Below, in pieces: positions 38,586 to 48,705 of a stretch of 64,000 bases of DNA (the stretch's first letter is position 1; every line of letters starts with the position of its first letter). The stretch comes from Spirochaetaceae bacterium (GTDB lineage Bacteria > Spirochaetota > Spirochaetia > DSM-2461). The position numbers and the translations under genes are program-made. The notes beneath the pieces are model-generated. The model was not told the DNA's origin, made no database searches, and saw nothing but the letters and a program-made list of their open reading frames with translations. The stretch lies in contig OZ245056.1 of the NCBI GenBank assembly GCA_965224705.1, positions 928,001 through 992,000 on the forward strand. The letters are read 5' to 3'.

Positions 38586-40034
38586 TCAACTAAAATTTAC
38601 GTAGTAGGCTTTTTTGTGGAGATAGTTCTCCAATCCGTACTTCCCGTCTTCCCCGGCCAGACCACTTTTTTTCATTCCCGTGTGGTAAGACTGAGGCAGT
38701 TCTCCTATGCCCCGGTTCACGTATACCTCCCCGAATTCCAGATCGTCGATAGTCCGCATAACCCGCCGCATGTCCTTTGTCCAGAGATACGCAGACAAAC
38801 CAAATTCACAGTCATTGGAATACTCCAGAACCTGATCAAATGTTTTGAACGGCAGAACCGGTACAACGGGGCCAAAAATTTCATCTTTCACCAGGGGCAT
38901 GTCATTGGTGACACCGGTAACAACGGTGGGTTCAAACCAGTATCCTGCGGAGAATTTCTCCCCGGACGGGCGGCCTCCACCGGTTTCCACCTTCGCCCCG
39001 GCTTTAACCGCGGAATCCACCAGCGATTCAACGTGTTCCAGCTCAGATTTATTCACTTTTGGACCCATGTCGGGATTTGAAAGTTGATCTCCCAGCGTCA
39101 AAGCCTTTACCTTCGGCAGAAACTTACCCATAAACGTATCGTAGATGTCTTCATGGAGGTACATCCGCTCATTGCAGGTACACACCTGTCCGCAGTTATA
39201 GAAACGGGCTGTCAGGGCCGCATCCACGGCCCGGTCGATATCGGCATCCTCCATAACGATGAAGGGCGCATTTCCCCCCAGTTCCAGAATAAGGTCGGTC
39301 ACCCAGTCCGCCGAATCTCCAATAATCTGCTGTCCGGCAACGGTACTCCCGGTATGCGTAACCAGTCGGGTCTTAGGATGACGAACAAGGTCGCGTCCCA
39401 CTTCCGATCCGGTTCCGGTTACCACATTGAACACACCCGGCGGAATACCCACATCAACAGCCAGCTTCGCAAATTCCACCACAGCCATGGGAACATCCGT
39501 AGGCGGCTTCACTATCATGGTGTTACCCGCCGCCAGCGCCGGTCCGAGTTTACGTCCGGCCAGAGCTACAGGAAAATTCCAGGCGACCAGGCCAACTGTT
39601 ACCCCGTAGGGAACCTTCTGAATCCAGACCTGCTCCTCTGGAAAGTCAGAAGGGAGGATATCCCCTTCAATACGTCGGGCACCCATGGCCGCCATTCGCA
39701 AATATCCCAGTGTTCCGGCAATTTCCTCAAGGGCTTCTCTCTGGGGTTTTCCATGTTCCAGGCAGAGAAGAAGGCCAATTCGTTCGCGGTTTTCATGCAA
39801 TGCGTCGGCCAGGTCCATCAACAGGTCTGCGCGCCGGGCGGCTGGAACCTTTCTCCAAGAATGAAAGGCCTTTTCAGACGAGTCCATCGCCTTCTCTGCG
39901 TCTTCGGCAGAACCGCGGGGAACACTGCCCAAAACGGTTTCATCGGCGGGGTTCAGAACATCTAACCGCTTGCCTGAAGAGGCCTCAACCTCTTTGCCGT
40001 CAATGAACATCCCGTAGCTGTAGTTTTCACTCAT
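38586..40034 (-). CDS. NAD(P)-dependent aldehyde dehydrogenase, AldA / 3,6-anhydrogalactose dehydrogenase-like
   Basis: AWNFPVALAGRK, TGST, LELGG, NCGQVCTCNERMY, EIFGP, GEDGKYG...YVNF. Confidence 0.92.
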   Translation of the reverse strand: MSENYSYGMFIDGKEVEASSGKRLDVLNPADETVLGSVPRGSAEDAEKAMDSSEKAFHSWRKVPAARRADLLMDLADALHENRERIGLLLCLEHGKPQREALEEIAGTLGYLRMAAMGARRIEGDILPSDFPEEQVWIQKVPYGVTVGLVAWNFPVALAGRKLGPALAAGNTMIVKPPTDVPMAVVEFAKLAVDVGIPPGVFNVVTGTGSEVGRDLVRHPKTRLVTHTGSTVAGQQIIGDSADWVTDLILELGGNAPFIVMEDADIDRAVDAALTARFYNCGQVCTCNERMYLHEDIYDTFMGKFLPKVKALTLGDQLSNPDMGPKVNKSELEHVESLVDSAVKAGAKVETGGGRPSGEKFSAGYWFEPTVVTGVTNDMPLVKDEIFGPVVPVLPFKTFDQVLEYSNDCEFGLSAYLWTKDMRRVMRTIDDLEFGEVYVNRGIGELPQSYHTGMKKSGLAGEDGKYGLENYLHKKAYYVNFS

Positions 40035-40140
40035 TCTAACTTATCCTCCTGGCATTCGTTGCTCCCGGATCCTTCCGGACAACTGTTAATGGTGCCATTC
40101 TACAGGGCATACACGACAGCTGTCAATAAAAAATAAATAT

Positions 40141-40186
40141 TTGTTGACAACTAATTGTTGACAACTTTGCAATTCTTTTCTATAAT
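40141..40186 (+). promoter_or_regulatory. Consensus sigma-70 promoter overlapped by tandem operator-like repeats
   Basis: TTGACA (40158)-N17-TATAAT (40181); TTGTTGACAACT repeated at 40141-40152 and 40155-40166. Confidence 0.8.
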
Positions 40187-40214
40187 GCAGCCATATTTTA
40201 CAAAGGAGTTTTCC

Positions 40215-41174
40215 ATGAAGAAAATTTTTGTCGTTTTTCTTGCGGTAGCACTACTCTCGTCCGTGGTCTTTGCCAACGGAAGCGGAGATAGCTCCGATGG
40301 CACGAAGGTGGTTGGGTTTTCCCAGGTAGACAACCAGAATCCCTGGCGCCTGGCCGAAACCGAGTCCATCAAGTCGGAGGCCGCTGCGCGCGGCTATGAA
40401 CTGAAGTACTCTGATGGACAGGCCGTTCAGGCTAATCAGATTGCCGCAGTGAGGGATTTCATAGCCCAGGGTGTGGACGGGATCATTCTCGCGCCCAAAA
40501 CCAGCACCGGATGGGAGCCTGTTTTACGCGAAGCCAGGGATGCCGGAATTCCAGTGGTACTGGTGGATCGGGACGTAGAAGCGCCCAAGGATCTTGTTGT
40601 AACCTTTATAGGATCGGACTTCGTAGAAGAAGGTGAAAGGATCGCCCAGATGATGATTGAAGATCTGGGCGAAGGTCCTCTGAACGTTGCGGAGCTTCAG
40701 GGTCAGCCGGGAGCGGATCCCACCATCGACCGCAAGAAGGGTTTTGAAAATGTCATTAACAAATACCCGAACATCAACATTACCCTGTCCCAAACCGGAG
40801 AGTTCAATCGGACTCAGGGAAAACAGGTTATGGAGGCATTTCTCCAGTCAGATGGAGATAACATTGATGTTGTCTATGCGCACAACGATGACATGGCCAT
40901 CGGAGCCATTCAGGCCATCAAGGAGTACGGACTCACCCCAGGCGAAGATATCTATGTCGCATCTATTGATGGAGTACGTGATGCCTTTGTCGCCATGAGA
41001 GATGGGGAACTGAACATCTGTGTGGAATGCAGCCCCCTGCTGGGACCCAAAGCCTACGATGCCCTGGAGTCCGCATGGAAGGGTGAGGAACTCCCCGATT
41101 GGATTGTGCAGCTCGATAACGCCTTTCGCCGCGATGATGTGACTCAGGCAGTGCTAGACGAAAGAAAGTACTAA
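40215..41174 (+). CDS. Sugar ABC transporter substrate-binding protein (YtfQ-like)
   Basis: Signal peptide, VGFSQ....WR.AET.SIK, IPVVLVDR, IDRKKGF, YAHNDDMAIGAIQA, VECSPLLGP. Confidence 0.93.
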   Translation: MKKIFVVFLAVALLSSVVFANGSGDSSDGTKVVGFSQVDNQNPWRLAETESIKSEAAARGYELKYSDGQAVQANQIAAVRDFIAQGVDGIILAPKTSTGWEPVLREARDAGIPVVLVDRDVEAPKDLVVTFIGSDFVEEGERIAQMMIEDLGEGPLNVAELQGQPGADPTIDRKKGFENVINKYPNINITLSQTGEFNRTQGKQVMEAFLQSDGDNIDVVYAHNDDMAIGAIQAIKEYGLTPGEDIYVASIDGVRDAFVAMRDGELNICVECSPLLGPKAYDALESAWKGEELPDWIVQLDNAFRRDDVTQAVLDERKY

Positions 41175-41212
41175 TTAATTAGAAGCATCAAAGTACACCG
41201 GAGGAGAGAAAT

Positions 41213-42745
41213 TTGAACAACATTATTTTGGACATTAAAGGCATTACCAAACACTTCCCCGGTGTAAAGGCTCTTACGAATGTGGATTTCACCCTTAGGG
41301 AGGGTGAAATCCACGCACTCATGGGTGAGAACGGAGCCGGGAAATCCACGCTCATCAAAGTACTCACCGGTGTGTACCGAAAAGATAGCGGAGTGATTAC
41401 CTATCAGGGCGAACCTTTTGAATGTCATTCACCCCTGCAAGCCCAGGAAGCGGGAATTAGCCCCGTGTATCAGGAAGTGAATCTGGTTCCCAACCTTTCG
41501 GTAGCTGAGAATATTTTTCTAGGCCGTCATCCCTTGAAATCTGGACGCATCGACTGGAGAACCATCAACACCCAGGCACGGACCATCCTTGCAAAATTCG
41601 ATCTTGCTCTTGATGTCACGGAACATCTGGGCGTTTATCCCGTGGCCATTCAGCAGATGGTGGCCATTGCCCGTGCACTCGAACTCAATGCCCGCATCCT
41701 CATCCTGGATGAACCCACATCCAGCCTCAATATCCAGGAAACCGAGCGGCTGTTTACACAGATGGAACGACTCCGGGAAGAGGGTCATTCTATTATTTTC
41801 GTGACGCACTTTCTGGATCAGGTATATCGAATTACCGATACCATTACTGTTCTGCGAAACGGTAATTATGTGGGAACATGGCCCACGGAGAAACTTCCCA
41901 AGGTGGAGCTCATCTCCAAACTTCTGGGAAAAGAAATCGATAAACTCTCAGAAGTCACCGCCGAACGGCTCGAGTCTGACGAAGTATCCAGCGAACGGGA
42001 ACATCGGACTGTTGTTAAGACGGAAGGCTTCGGAAAGAAAGACGGAATCAAGCCTTTTGACATTGAAATCCGTGCCGGGGAGGTTCTCGGATGTGCCGGA
42101 TTGCTCGGATCAGGGCGGACAGAAATTGCCAACCTGCTTTTCGGCATTGATTCTGCGAATCTGGGTTCGGTAACTATTGACGGATCGAAACAAAAAATTA
42201 ACACGCCTCGGAAGGCTTTAAAAAATGGTGTCGCCCTGAGCCCGGAAGACCGGAAAGAGCAGGGTATCATCGCAGACCTCAGTGTCCGGGAGAACATTAT
42301 CCTGGCTCTGCAGAACCGCCGAGGCTGGCTTCGTCCCATTCCCATAAAAGAACAGAGGGAAATTGCGGATCGATATATCAAGCTTCTGGGCATCAAGACT
42401 CCTTCTGCAGATCAGGCCATTAAAAACCTCAGTGGAGGAAATCAGCAAAAGGTGATTATTGCCCGATGGCTGGCCGCGAATCCGAAGTTTCTCATTCTGG
42501 ACGAGCCGACACGGGGAATTGATGTGGGGGCCAAGACGGAAATTCAAAAACTGCTTATTGAACTGAGCGCCAAAGGGATGGCCGTCATGTTCATCTCCTC
42601 GGAAATTGAAGAAATATCCCGATGCTCCAACAGAGTTCTTGTGATACACGATTTTGAAATTTCCCGGGTGCTGAACCAGAATCAAATTGACGACCAGAGC
42701 ATCACACAGGCTATTGCCGGAGGACATTCAGACAATGAGCGATAA
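41213..42745 (+). CDS. Sugar ABC transporter ATPase (YtfR-like)
   Basis: GENGAGKST, duplicated ABC cassette, LSGGNQQKV, DEPTRGIDVGAK. Confidence 0.95.
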   Translation: MNNIILDIKGITKHFPGVKALTNVDFTLREGEIHALMGENGAGKSTLIKVLTGVYRKDSGVITYQGEPFECHSPLQAQEAGISPVYQEVNLVPNLSVAENIFLGRHPLKSGRIDWRTINTQARTILAKFDLALDVTEHLGVYPVAIQQMVAIARALELNARILILDEPTSSLNIQETERLFTQMERLREEGHSIIFVTHFLDQVYRITDTITVLRNGNYVGTWPTEKLPKVELISKLLGKEIDKLSEVTAERLESDEVSSEREHRTVVKTEGFGKKDGIKPFDIEIRAGEVLGCAGLLGSGRTEIANLLFGIDSANLGSVTIDGSKQKINTPRKALKNGVALSPEDRKEQGIIADLSVRENIILALQNRRGWLRPIPIKEQREIADRYIKLLGIKTPSADQAIKNLSGGNQQKVIIARWLAANPKFLILDEPTRGIDVGAKTEIQKLLIELSAKGMAVMFISSEIEEISRCSNRVLVIHDFEISRVLNQNQIDDQSITQAIAGGHSDNER

Positions 42746-43793
42746 GATAAAGAAGAGCGAATGGCCGGGAAGAATGCATGCCGGGATTCGATCCATTCAA
42801 TGGCCGCTGGCGGCACTGGGCATTATTTTGCTTTTCAACCTTATTTTTACCCGGGGCTTTTTTGAAATTTCCATTCACGATGGACGTTTGGTGGGCAGTC
42901 TTATGGACATGCTGAAAAGAGCCTCACCCCGAATCATTATTGCGCTGGGCATGACCCTGGTCATCGCTACGGGAGGGATTGACGTTTCTGTGGGATCTAT
43001 CGCAGCGATTGCCGGATCGCTGGCCGTTCTGGTTATTCGAGGCGGTGATATTACATATCTTCAGGACACGGGCATTTCCACCGCATCTCTTGCCCTTGTT
43101 ATCATAGTTGCGCTTTCAGCCGGTGCTCTTTGCGGTCTGTTTAACGGTGTCCTGGTGTCAATAGTGAAAATTCAACCCATAGTAGCGACGCTAATCCTGA
43201 TGGTTACCGGTCGAGGCATGGCCATGCTGTTCACGGGGGGGTATGTGCTGAATTTCAAGCATTCGGTGTATCAGACATTGGGGACGGGCAGCCTTTGGGG
43301 ACTTCCCATTCCCCTGCTTCTCGCCATTCTTGTTTTTGTCCTCCTGGGCACAGCAACCCGGCGCACGCCTCTTGGCCTTTTCATACAGGCGACTGGGGGA
43401 AACTCCACGGCCAGCTACTACGCGGGAACGAATACAACGCTTGTAAAAATTCTGGCTTATGTTATCAGCGGTGTCTGCGCCGCCCTGGCCGGGGTTATTT
43501 TCACAGCCGATGTGCAAAGCGCAGATGCGGCGTTCATTGGGCTCTGGGTTGAACTGGATGCCATCCTGGCGGTGGTAATCGGCGGAACCATTATGACCGG
43601 CGGACGCTTGAACCTCGGCGGAACAGTCGTTGGTGCACTCATTATTCAACTTCTGATCACCACCCTGCTAACCCGCGCGGTTCCGGTTCAGTACACACTG
43701 GTTCTGCAGGCTATTGTGGTTATTGCCGTTCTCATCTTGCAGTCTCCAAAAGTCAAGAATCTCCAATTTAAACGAAAGGTAGAAAACCGATGA
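42735..43793 (+). CDS. Sugar ABC transporter permease (YtfT-like)
   Basis: GMTLVIATGGIDVSVG, IQPIVATLILMV.GRG, ELDAILAVVIGG. Confidence 0.93.
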   Translation: MSDKIKKSEWPGRMHAGIRSIQWPLAALGIILLFNLIFTRGFFEISIHDGRLVGSLMDMLKRASPRIIIALGMTLVIATGGIDVSVGSIAAIAGSLAVLVIRGGDITYLQDTGISTASLALVIIVALSAGALCGLFNGVLVSIVKIQPIVATLILMVTGRGMAMLFTGGYVLNFKHSVYQTLGTGSLWGLPIPLLLAILVFVLLGTATRRTPLGLFIQATGGNSTASYYAGTNTTLVKILAYVISGVCAALAGVIFTADVQSADAAFIGLWVELDAILAVVIGGTIMTGGRLNLGGTVVGALIIQLLITTLLTRAVPVQYTLVLQAIVVIAVLILQSPKVKNLQFKRKVENR

Positions 43794-44833
43794 GCAACTC
43801 CGTTCCATCCAGTATCCCGACAGATGAAGGCAAATCCTCCCCTACAATCGACAATCCTGCACCCATAAAAGAATCATCCTTTTTCAGACGCAATCTAACA
43901 ACCATCGCGCCCGCCGCTGTTTTCGCTGCGTTCTTCATTCTCGGCGGCGTTTTTTTCCGCAACTTCTTTACCTTGCGCGTTCTGTTCAATCTTCTGACCA
44001 ACAATGCGTTTCTTGGCCTGGCAGCCGTTGGCATGACTGTGGTGATTATTTCCGGAGGCATTGATCTCTCCGTGGGGGCGGTTATCTCCACAGGTGCCAT
44101 GATCATTGCGATTCTGGACCGGGCGGGCATAGGCCCGGCGGTGGCGGTACCAGCGGCCATGCTGTTCGCAACGGGGATGGGGTTTCTGATGGGATGTATG
44201 GTTCAGTATTTTCAAGCACCTCCGTTCATTGTTACTTTGTCCGGAATGTTCCTGGCTCGTGGTATCGGTTATGTACTGAGTCTTTCGTCCATACCCATTG
44301 ACGGGAAACTGTATCATGTTATTTCTCAAGCCGGTTTGCGATTCGGCGGCGGTGCCCGGTTCACGGTTCCGGCCATGATGTTCATTTTCATGGTCATCGT
44401 CACGTGGGTTTTACTGAAACACACCCGATTCGGTCGGGCCGTTTATGCAATAGGGGGGAACGAATCTTCCGCGTACCTTATGGGACTTCCCGTGGCCCGG
44501 ACCAAGATTCTAATCTATACGTTCAGCGGATTCTGCTCCGGCATTGGTTCCCTGGCTTATGTGTTCTTTACCCTTTCCGGTTACGGACTTGCGGCCATCG
44601 GGCTGGAATTGCAGGCCATCGCATCCGTGGTGATCGGAGGAACCTTGCTCTCCGGAGGATTCGGCTCTATTTTCGGGACACTTATCGGTGTGGGCATCCG
44701 GGGAACGATACAGACATTTATCACCTTCCAGGGAAAGCTGAATGTCTACTGGACACCGATCTTCATCGGAACGCTTCTCTTCATTTTCATTCTTCTGCAA
44801 AAAGCATTCGCGGCAGGGGCCAAAAAGCGCTGA
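43790..44833 (+). CDS. Sugar ABC transporter permease (YjfF-like)
   Basis: NNAFLG, GMT.VIISGGIDLSVG, FIVTL.GMFLARG, YAIGGNE.SA.LMGLPV. Confidence 0.93.
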   Translation: MSNSVPSSIPTDEGKSSPTIDNPAPIKESSFFRRNLTTIAPAAVFAAFFILGGVFFRNFFTLRVLFNLLTNNAFLGLAAVGMTVVIISGGIDLSVGAVISTGAMIIAILDRAGIGPAVAVPAAMLFATGMGFLMGCMVQYFQAPPFIVTLSGMFLARGIGYVLSLSSIPIDGKLYHVISQAGLRFGGGARFTVPAMMFIFMVIVTWVLLKHTRFGRAVYAIGGNESSAYLMGLPVARTKILIYTFSGFCSGIGSLAYVFFTLSGYGLAAIGLELQAIASVVIGGTLLSGGFGSIFGTLIGVGIRGTIQTFITFQGKLNVYWTPIFIGTLLFIFILLQKAFAAGAKKR

Positions 44834-44852
44834 TGCCGGGACTGTGTGTTAG

Positions 44853-45006
44853 GAGTCTGTCGGACTTACGCCTCACGGCTCGATTTTTGCCCTTTTTACC
44901 TGCTGCTACATTGCCAAAATACTCACTTAGGCCCAGCTACTCTCCGTTTTTGTCGCCTTGCATCAGGAAGAAATCATCAAAAATCGCCTCAAAGTCTGAC
45001 AGACTC
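44853..45006 (+). mobile_element. MITE family A copy 5 (154 bp, small internal deletion)
   Basis: GAGTCTGTCGGA...TCTGACAGACTC; flanks TTAG/CTAG. Confidence 0.88.
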
Positions 45007-45033
45007 CTAGATTTGAGAAGTCTCATTCATTAT

Positions 45034-45708
45034 TCAACCGTAATTTGTAGCTTTCTGGAATAATTGTAACTGCTTTGCTCCTTCCTTCTTTTCAGCCTGT
45101 GAATGATTTGAGTAGGTTGACCATGTCGGCGAATACTTTTCGGATTGATTCCCCCAGACATCCCATCCCGGCACAGGGCCTCTTGCAAACAGTTCCAAAA
45201 ATGGGCCCCAACTGCATTTTTCTATTAGCTCATATTGCTCGTCAGGTTTTCTGCTGTGCTCACGTTTCTGGGTAGAAATCATATTTTCCTGTGATCTTCC
45301 AGGCTGCAGCGTCCTTGCATTTTTTCCTTTTACACCAAAGAGCAGTATCTCCGTTACATTGCGGAAATAAAAGCCGACACCCCGCCTGTCAGGCCCGCCG
45401 TCTTTCCTTATTTTATACCAAATGAGATTCGATTTATAGGAAAATCCCCAGCGAGACAACACTTCTAATCCATCTGGCAGCAGTGCGTTCGGCACCCACA
45501 AATAAAGGTGCGCCGTTTCTTCGGTTATCTCTTTTACGGGCAAACTGCAAATATCATCCAATTTCATGGTTGAGTATCGATTCAATCGTTTATGTTCTGG
45601 AGCCATTTTCCCGGTACGGTTATTGAATTGCCACGGCGGATCTGCCAAAATACACGAGTATTTTTTCCCATTGACATGGGCCAATAGGTCATCGCATGGA
45701 TTAAGCAT
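45034..45708 (-). CDS. MT-A70 family N6-adenine DNA methyltransferase
   Basis: ILADPPW, HLYLWVPN, REHSRKP, LELFARG, WGNQ; start at MLNPCD after AGGAGGA, overlapping the endonuclease stop. Confidence 0.92.
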   Translation of the reverse strand: MLNPCDDLLAHVNGKKYSCILADPPWQFNNRTGKMAPEHKRLNRYSTMKLDDICSLPVKEITEETAHLYLWVPNALLPDGLEVLSRWGFSYKSNLIWYKIRKDGGPDRRGVGFYFRNVTEILLFGVKGKNARTLQPGRSQENMISTQKREHSRKPDEQYELIEKCSWGPFLELFARGPVPGWDVWGNQSEKYSPTWSTYSNHSQAEKKEGAKQLQLFQKATNYG

Positions 45709-46223
45709 CGGATTCCTCCTCATAAGTTTTTTTCGTGATTCCAATTACCAAAATCGGACAGCCAGCGCCGCTTCCGCCTTCAATCCTGGGAAGTAATCTG
45801 CTCATGTGAGTTGTCGAAGCACCGTAAGAAGAACCTCGGCCTAACGCATCAAAAATATTCTGCAATTCGTCACTTCTTGTTATTATGACACCAACACTTA
45901 TCGCCCTTAAATCAAATAATAAACGGAAATTATTTAAATCTCTGTCATAAAATGGATCTTTGTTATTCCATTCAATCTCTAAAGCAACTCTATTTTTATA
46001 GCAATCTATTTTATGCGTGGGAGACTCCATTTTATGCTCATCGACCACGACTTCTGTTTTGAATTCTTTTTCGGCCCACCCCTTTGAGTACAAAAAGCTG
46101 TCGATTGATTCAGAAATTTTTGATTTTCTTCCCCCTGGAGTGGTAATCCAGGATTTTTTTGACTGAAAATTCGATAGAACATCAATCACATCTTTCCACA
46201 TCATTGGGAAAATCCTGTTTAAG

Positions 46224-46384
46224 GAGTCTGTCGGACTTTAAGACTTCGAGGCGATTTTTGATGATTTTTTCCTGATGCAAGGCGACAAAAACGGAGCGTA
46301 GCTGGGCTACGTGAGTATTTTGGCAACACAGCAGCAGGTAAAAAGGGCAAAAATCGAGCCGTGAGGCGTAAGTCCGACAGACTC
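46224..46384 (-). mobile_element. MITE family A copy 6 (161 bp), inside the endonuclease gene
   Basis: Same termini; TAAG duplication at 46220-46223, whose second copy is split by the IS1380. Confidence 0.92.
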
Positions 46385-46387
46385 TAA

Positions 46388-48072
46388 CCCCTATTTCTCA
46401 CCAAGACCTTGAGACAAAGCAGGCTTCCCATGCTAAAATATTTACATGAAAAAAAATAACAAACAAAAAGAAGCCCGCTTTGCTAATACAGAGTGTAAAG
46501 CCCATCAGCTCGAATTGCAAGGGATGGAAATCGGAAAATCCCGCAAAATTATTGTAAAGAATGACGGCAAGGTCAACAGTTCCGATGCCGGATTTCTTCT
46601 CCTCCAGCAGGTTGAGCAGAAGCACAGAATTATTGAAAAGCTGTCAGATTTTTTCACCGATAAAAGAGATCAGGAAAAAATTACACATAGCCTGGCTACT
46701 CTTCTGAAACAGAGAATCTTCGGAATCTGTCAGGGCTATGAAGATCTCAATGATCATGAACAATTGCGCGAAGATCCACTGCTTCAATATATATGAGGGC
46801 GGGATGATAAAACGCCAGTTGCCGGAAAGAGCACCCTGAACAGATTGGAACTCGGTCATGAGCTGGATGAAAAAACCAGGGACCGGTACAGCAAAATCAC
46901 CTGGGATGCCAGGGGGATTGAAGAGCTTCTCTGTCAACTGTTTCTTGAGAGTTTCGAGGAGCCGCCGGAAACCCTGATTCTGGATTTTGATGCCACCGAC
47001 ATTCCCATCCACGGCGAGCAGCAGCAGCGGTTTTTTCACGGATATTACGATCACTACTGCTACCTTCCGCTCTACGTGTTCTGTGATGATTTTCCCCTGA
47101 TCGCCCGGCTGCGGCCGTCCAGCCTGGATGCCTGTGAGGGTACCGAAGAGATTCTGGTCAAGCTGGTTCGCGCGATCAGGGCCAAATTTCCTGATGTTCG
47201 TATCATTTTTCGTGGAGACTCGGGCTTCTGCCGTGAGAGTATCCTGAAACAGTGTGAGATATTGAAAGTCAGATATATCACCGGTATGGCAGGAAATACG
47301 AGGCTGCTGAAGAAGATTGATCCGCAGATGGTTGAGGCTGAAAAGCTCTTCGGTAAAAGCAAAGAAGCCGAACGTGTTTTTACCCGTTTTTCCTGGAAGA
47401 CCGAAAGCAGTTGGAGTCGCAATCGGGATGTCATTGCCAGGGTGGAACATCTGCCGGGCAAGAAAAATCCCCGCTTTATTGTGACGGACATTTCTGCTGA
47501 AGAAGGGGATGCCCAATCGCTGTATGAAGATGTCTACTGTGCACGCGGCGATATGGAGAATCGCATCAAAGAACAGCAGCTTTATCTGTTTGCCGACCGC
47601 ACCTCCACCTGGTGGATGAGTTCGAATCAGCTTCGATTGTATTTCTCGACAATCGCCTATATTTTCTTTGTCCATCTTCGAAGAACAATTCTGCAGGTCA
47701 GCGGTGATGAAACTCGAAGCATGTCCTCTACAATCCGATTAAGGATGCTTAAAGTTTCGGCCGCTGTAAAGATTACGGTTCGCCGAGTCTGGATCAGTCT
47801 TCCGGAGAGTTTTCCCTGGTGGGACATCTGGATACGAACATCCCGGGCCATCTGAGCGGTAATAAAAACAGTTGATAGTTCTCATCTGGATTCCCTGGGG
47901 AAGCTGTGCACCGAGGGTTGAAAAAATGCAAAAAAAATCAGAAGAAATCGACTTAAATTGGACGGAAATAACAAGGATCAATCAACTGGAAACTTTTTGT
48001 TTGATATATTAGCGGAGAGAACAGAAATTCTCCAGGATTTTTATGCAATTTTATGTTGGTGAGAAATAGGGG
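46388..48072 (+). mobile_element. IS1380-family insertion sequence
   Basis: Perfect 17-bp TIR CCCCTATTTCTCACCAA; CTAA duplication (46384-46387, 48073-48076). Confidence 0.95.
46446..47855 (+). pseudogene. IS1380 transposase with one in-frame TGA
   Basis: SSDAG, GYEDLNDH..LR.DP, STLNRLE, LDFDATD.P.HGEQ, RGDSGF, YCARGDMENRIKEQQ; the two ORFs share one frame, with TGA at 46794-46796. Confidence 0.92.
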
Positions 48073-48277
48073 CTAAGGATGGCGCAAGCGTGTTTCCACT
48101 CGTAAACCTCGAATTTATCACGTATTTTACTCGGTAAGAGTTCCAGTGCCATGATTTCTCCAAAAGGCGGCTTTCAGTGTATCATGTTATGGTCGTCAGG
48201 ACAAGGAGAACTGGAGTATTAGTATGCTCTTTTTACACATAGCGTTCCGCTATTATGCGACGTTCTCTCCGCCAAGG

Positions 48278-48502
48278 CCGCTAGCGGTCCACCCGCGCCC
48301 CCCCTCCGGACACAAGCTTTTCCACCTCCGCAAGGGAAGCCGTGGAAGTGTCCCCGGAAGTTGTCATCGCCAGAGCACCATGGGCGGCCCCGTAGTTCAC
48401 ACAGTCCTGGGGCGGCCTCCCCGTCAGAAAACCATAGATCAAGCCGGAGGCAAAGGAATCGCCGCCGCCCACCCGGTCGAGGATCTCAAGGTTTTCCCAT
48501 CC
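48278..48502 (-). repeat. Displaced duplicate of the kdgK 3' end (direct repeat of 59629-59853)
   Basis: 225 bp, 12 substitutions by manual alignment, identical translation GWENLEILDRVGGGDSF...ARVDR*. Confidence 0.93.
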
Positions 48503-48532
48503 GGGGCTTAAGCCAGAACTCATCTTTGGCCC

Positions 48533-48705
48533 GCATACGGCGCCTAAAAAAGTCGCATACCTATAAGAGAGTGTCTAAGCGATAGCGAAGAAAAGCCGCC
48601 ATGGAGGGCGGCGGAAGCGAACGTAGGCGGCCCGGAAGAAGCATGCAGGAGGCTTGCTTCTGGAGGGGGGAAGGGCAAAAATCGAGCCGTGAGGCCTAAA
48701 TCCGA
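48533..48705 (-). mobile_element. Truncated long-variant MITE family A
   Basis: Matches the right part of 20963-21249 (GCGATAGCGA, GCCGCC-ATGGAG-GGCGGC, GGCAAAAATCGAGCCGTGAGGC); left boundary approximate. Confidence 0.75.

Larger units (their letters stand above)
45701..48152 (-). pseudogene. BglII/BstYI-family type II restriction endonuclease, disrupted
   Basis: N-terminus MALELLPSKIRDKFEVYEWKHACAIL at 48152-48075 (GGAG SD); remainder at 46220-45701 with THKIDCYK, EIEWNNKDPFYDRDL, STTH; interrupted by a MITE, an IS1380 and a +1 frameshift near 46200. Confidence 0.88.

Noticed and set aside
39084..39965. Long antisense ORFs (also 13537-14307, 46644-47675, 61139-61828)
   Set aside because: They are shadows of well-supported genes on the opposite strand, with no motifs of their own.
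46794..46850. Selenocysteine recoding of the transposase TGA
   Set aside because: No convincing SECIS-like hairpin and no functional rationale; a nonsense mutation is simpler.
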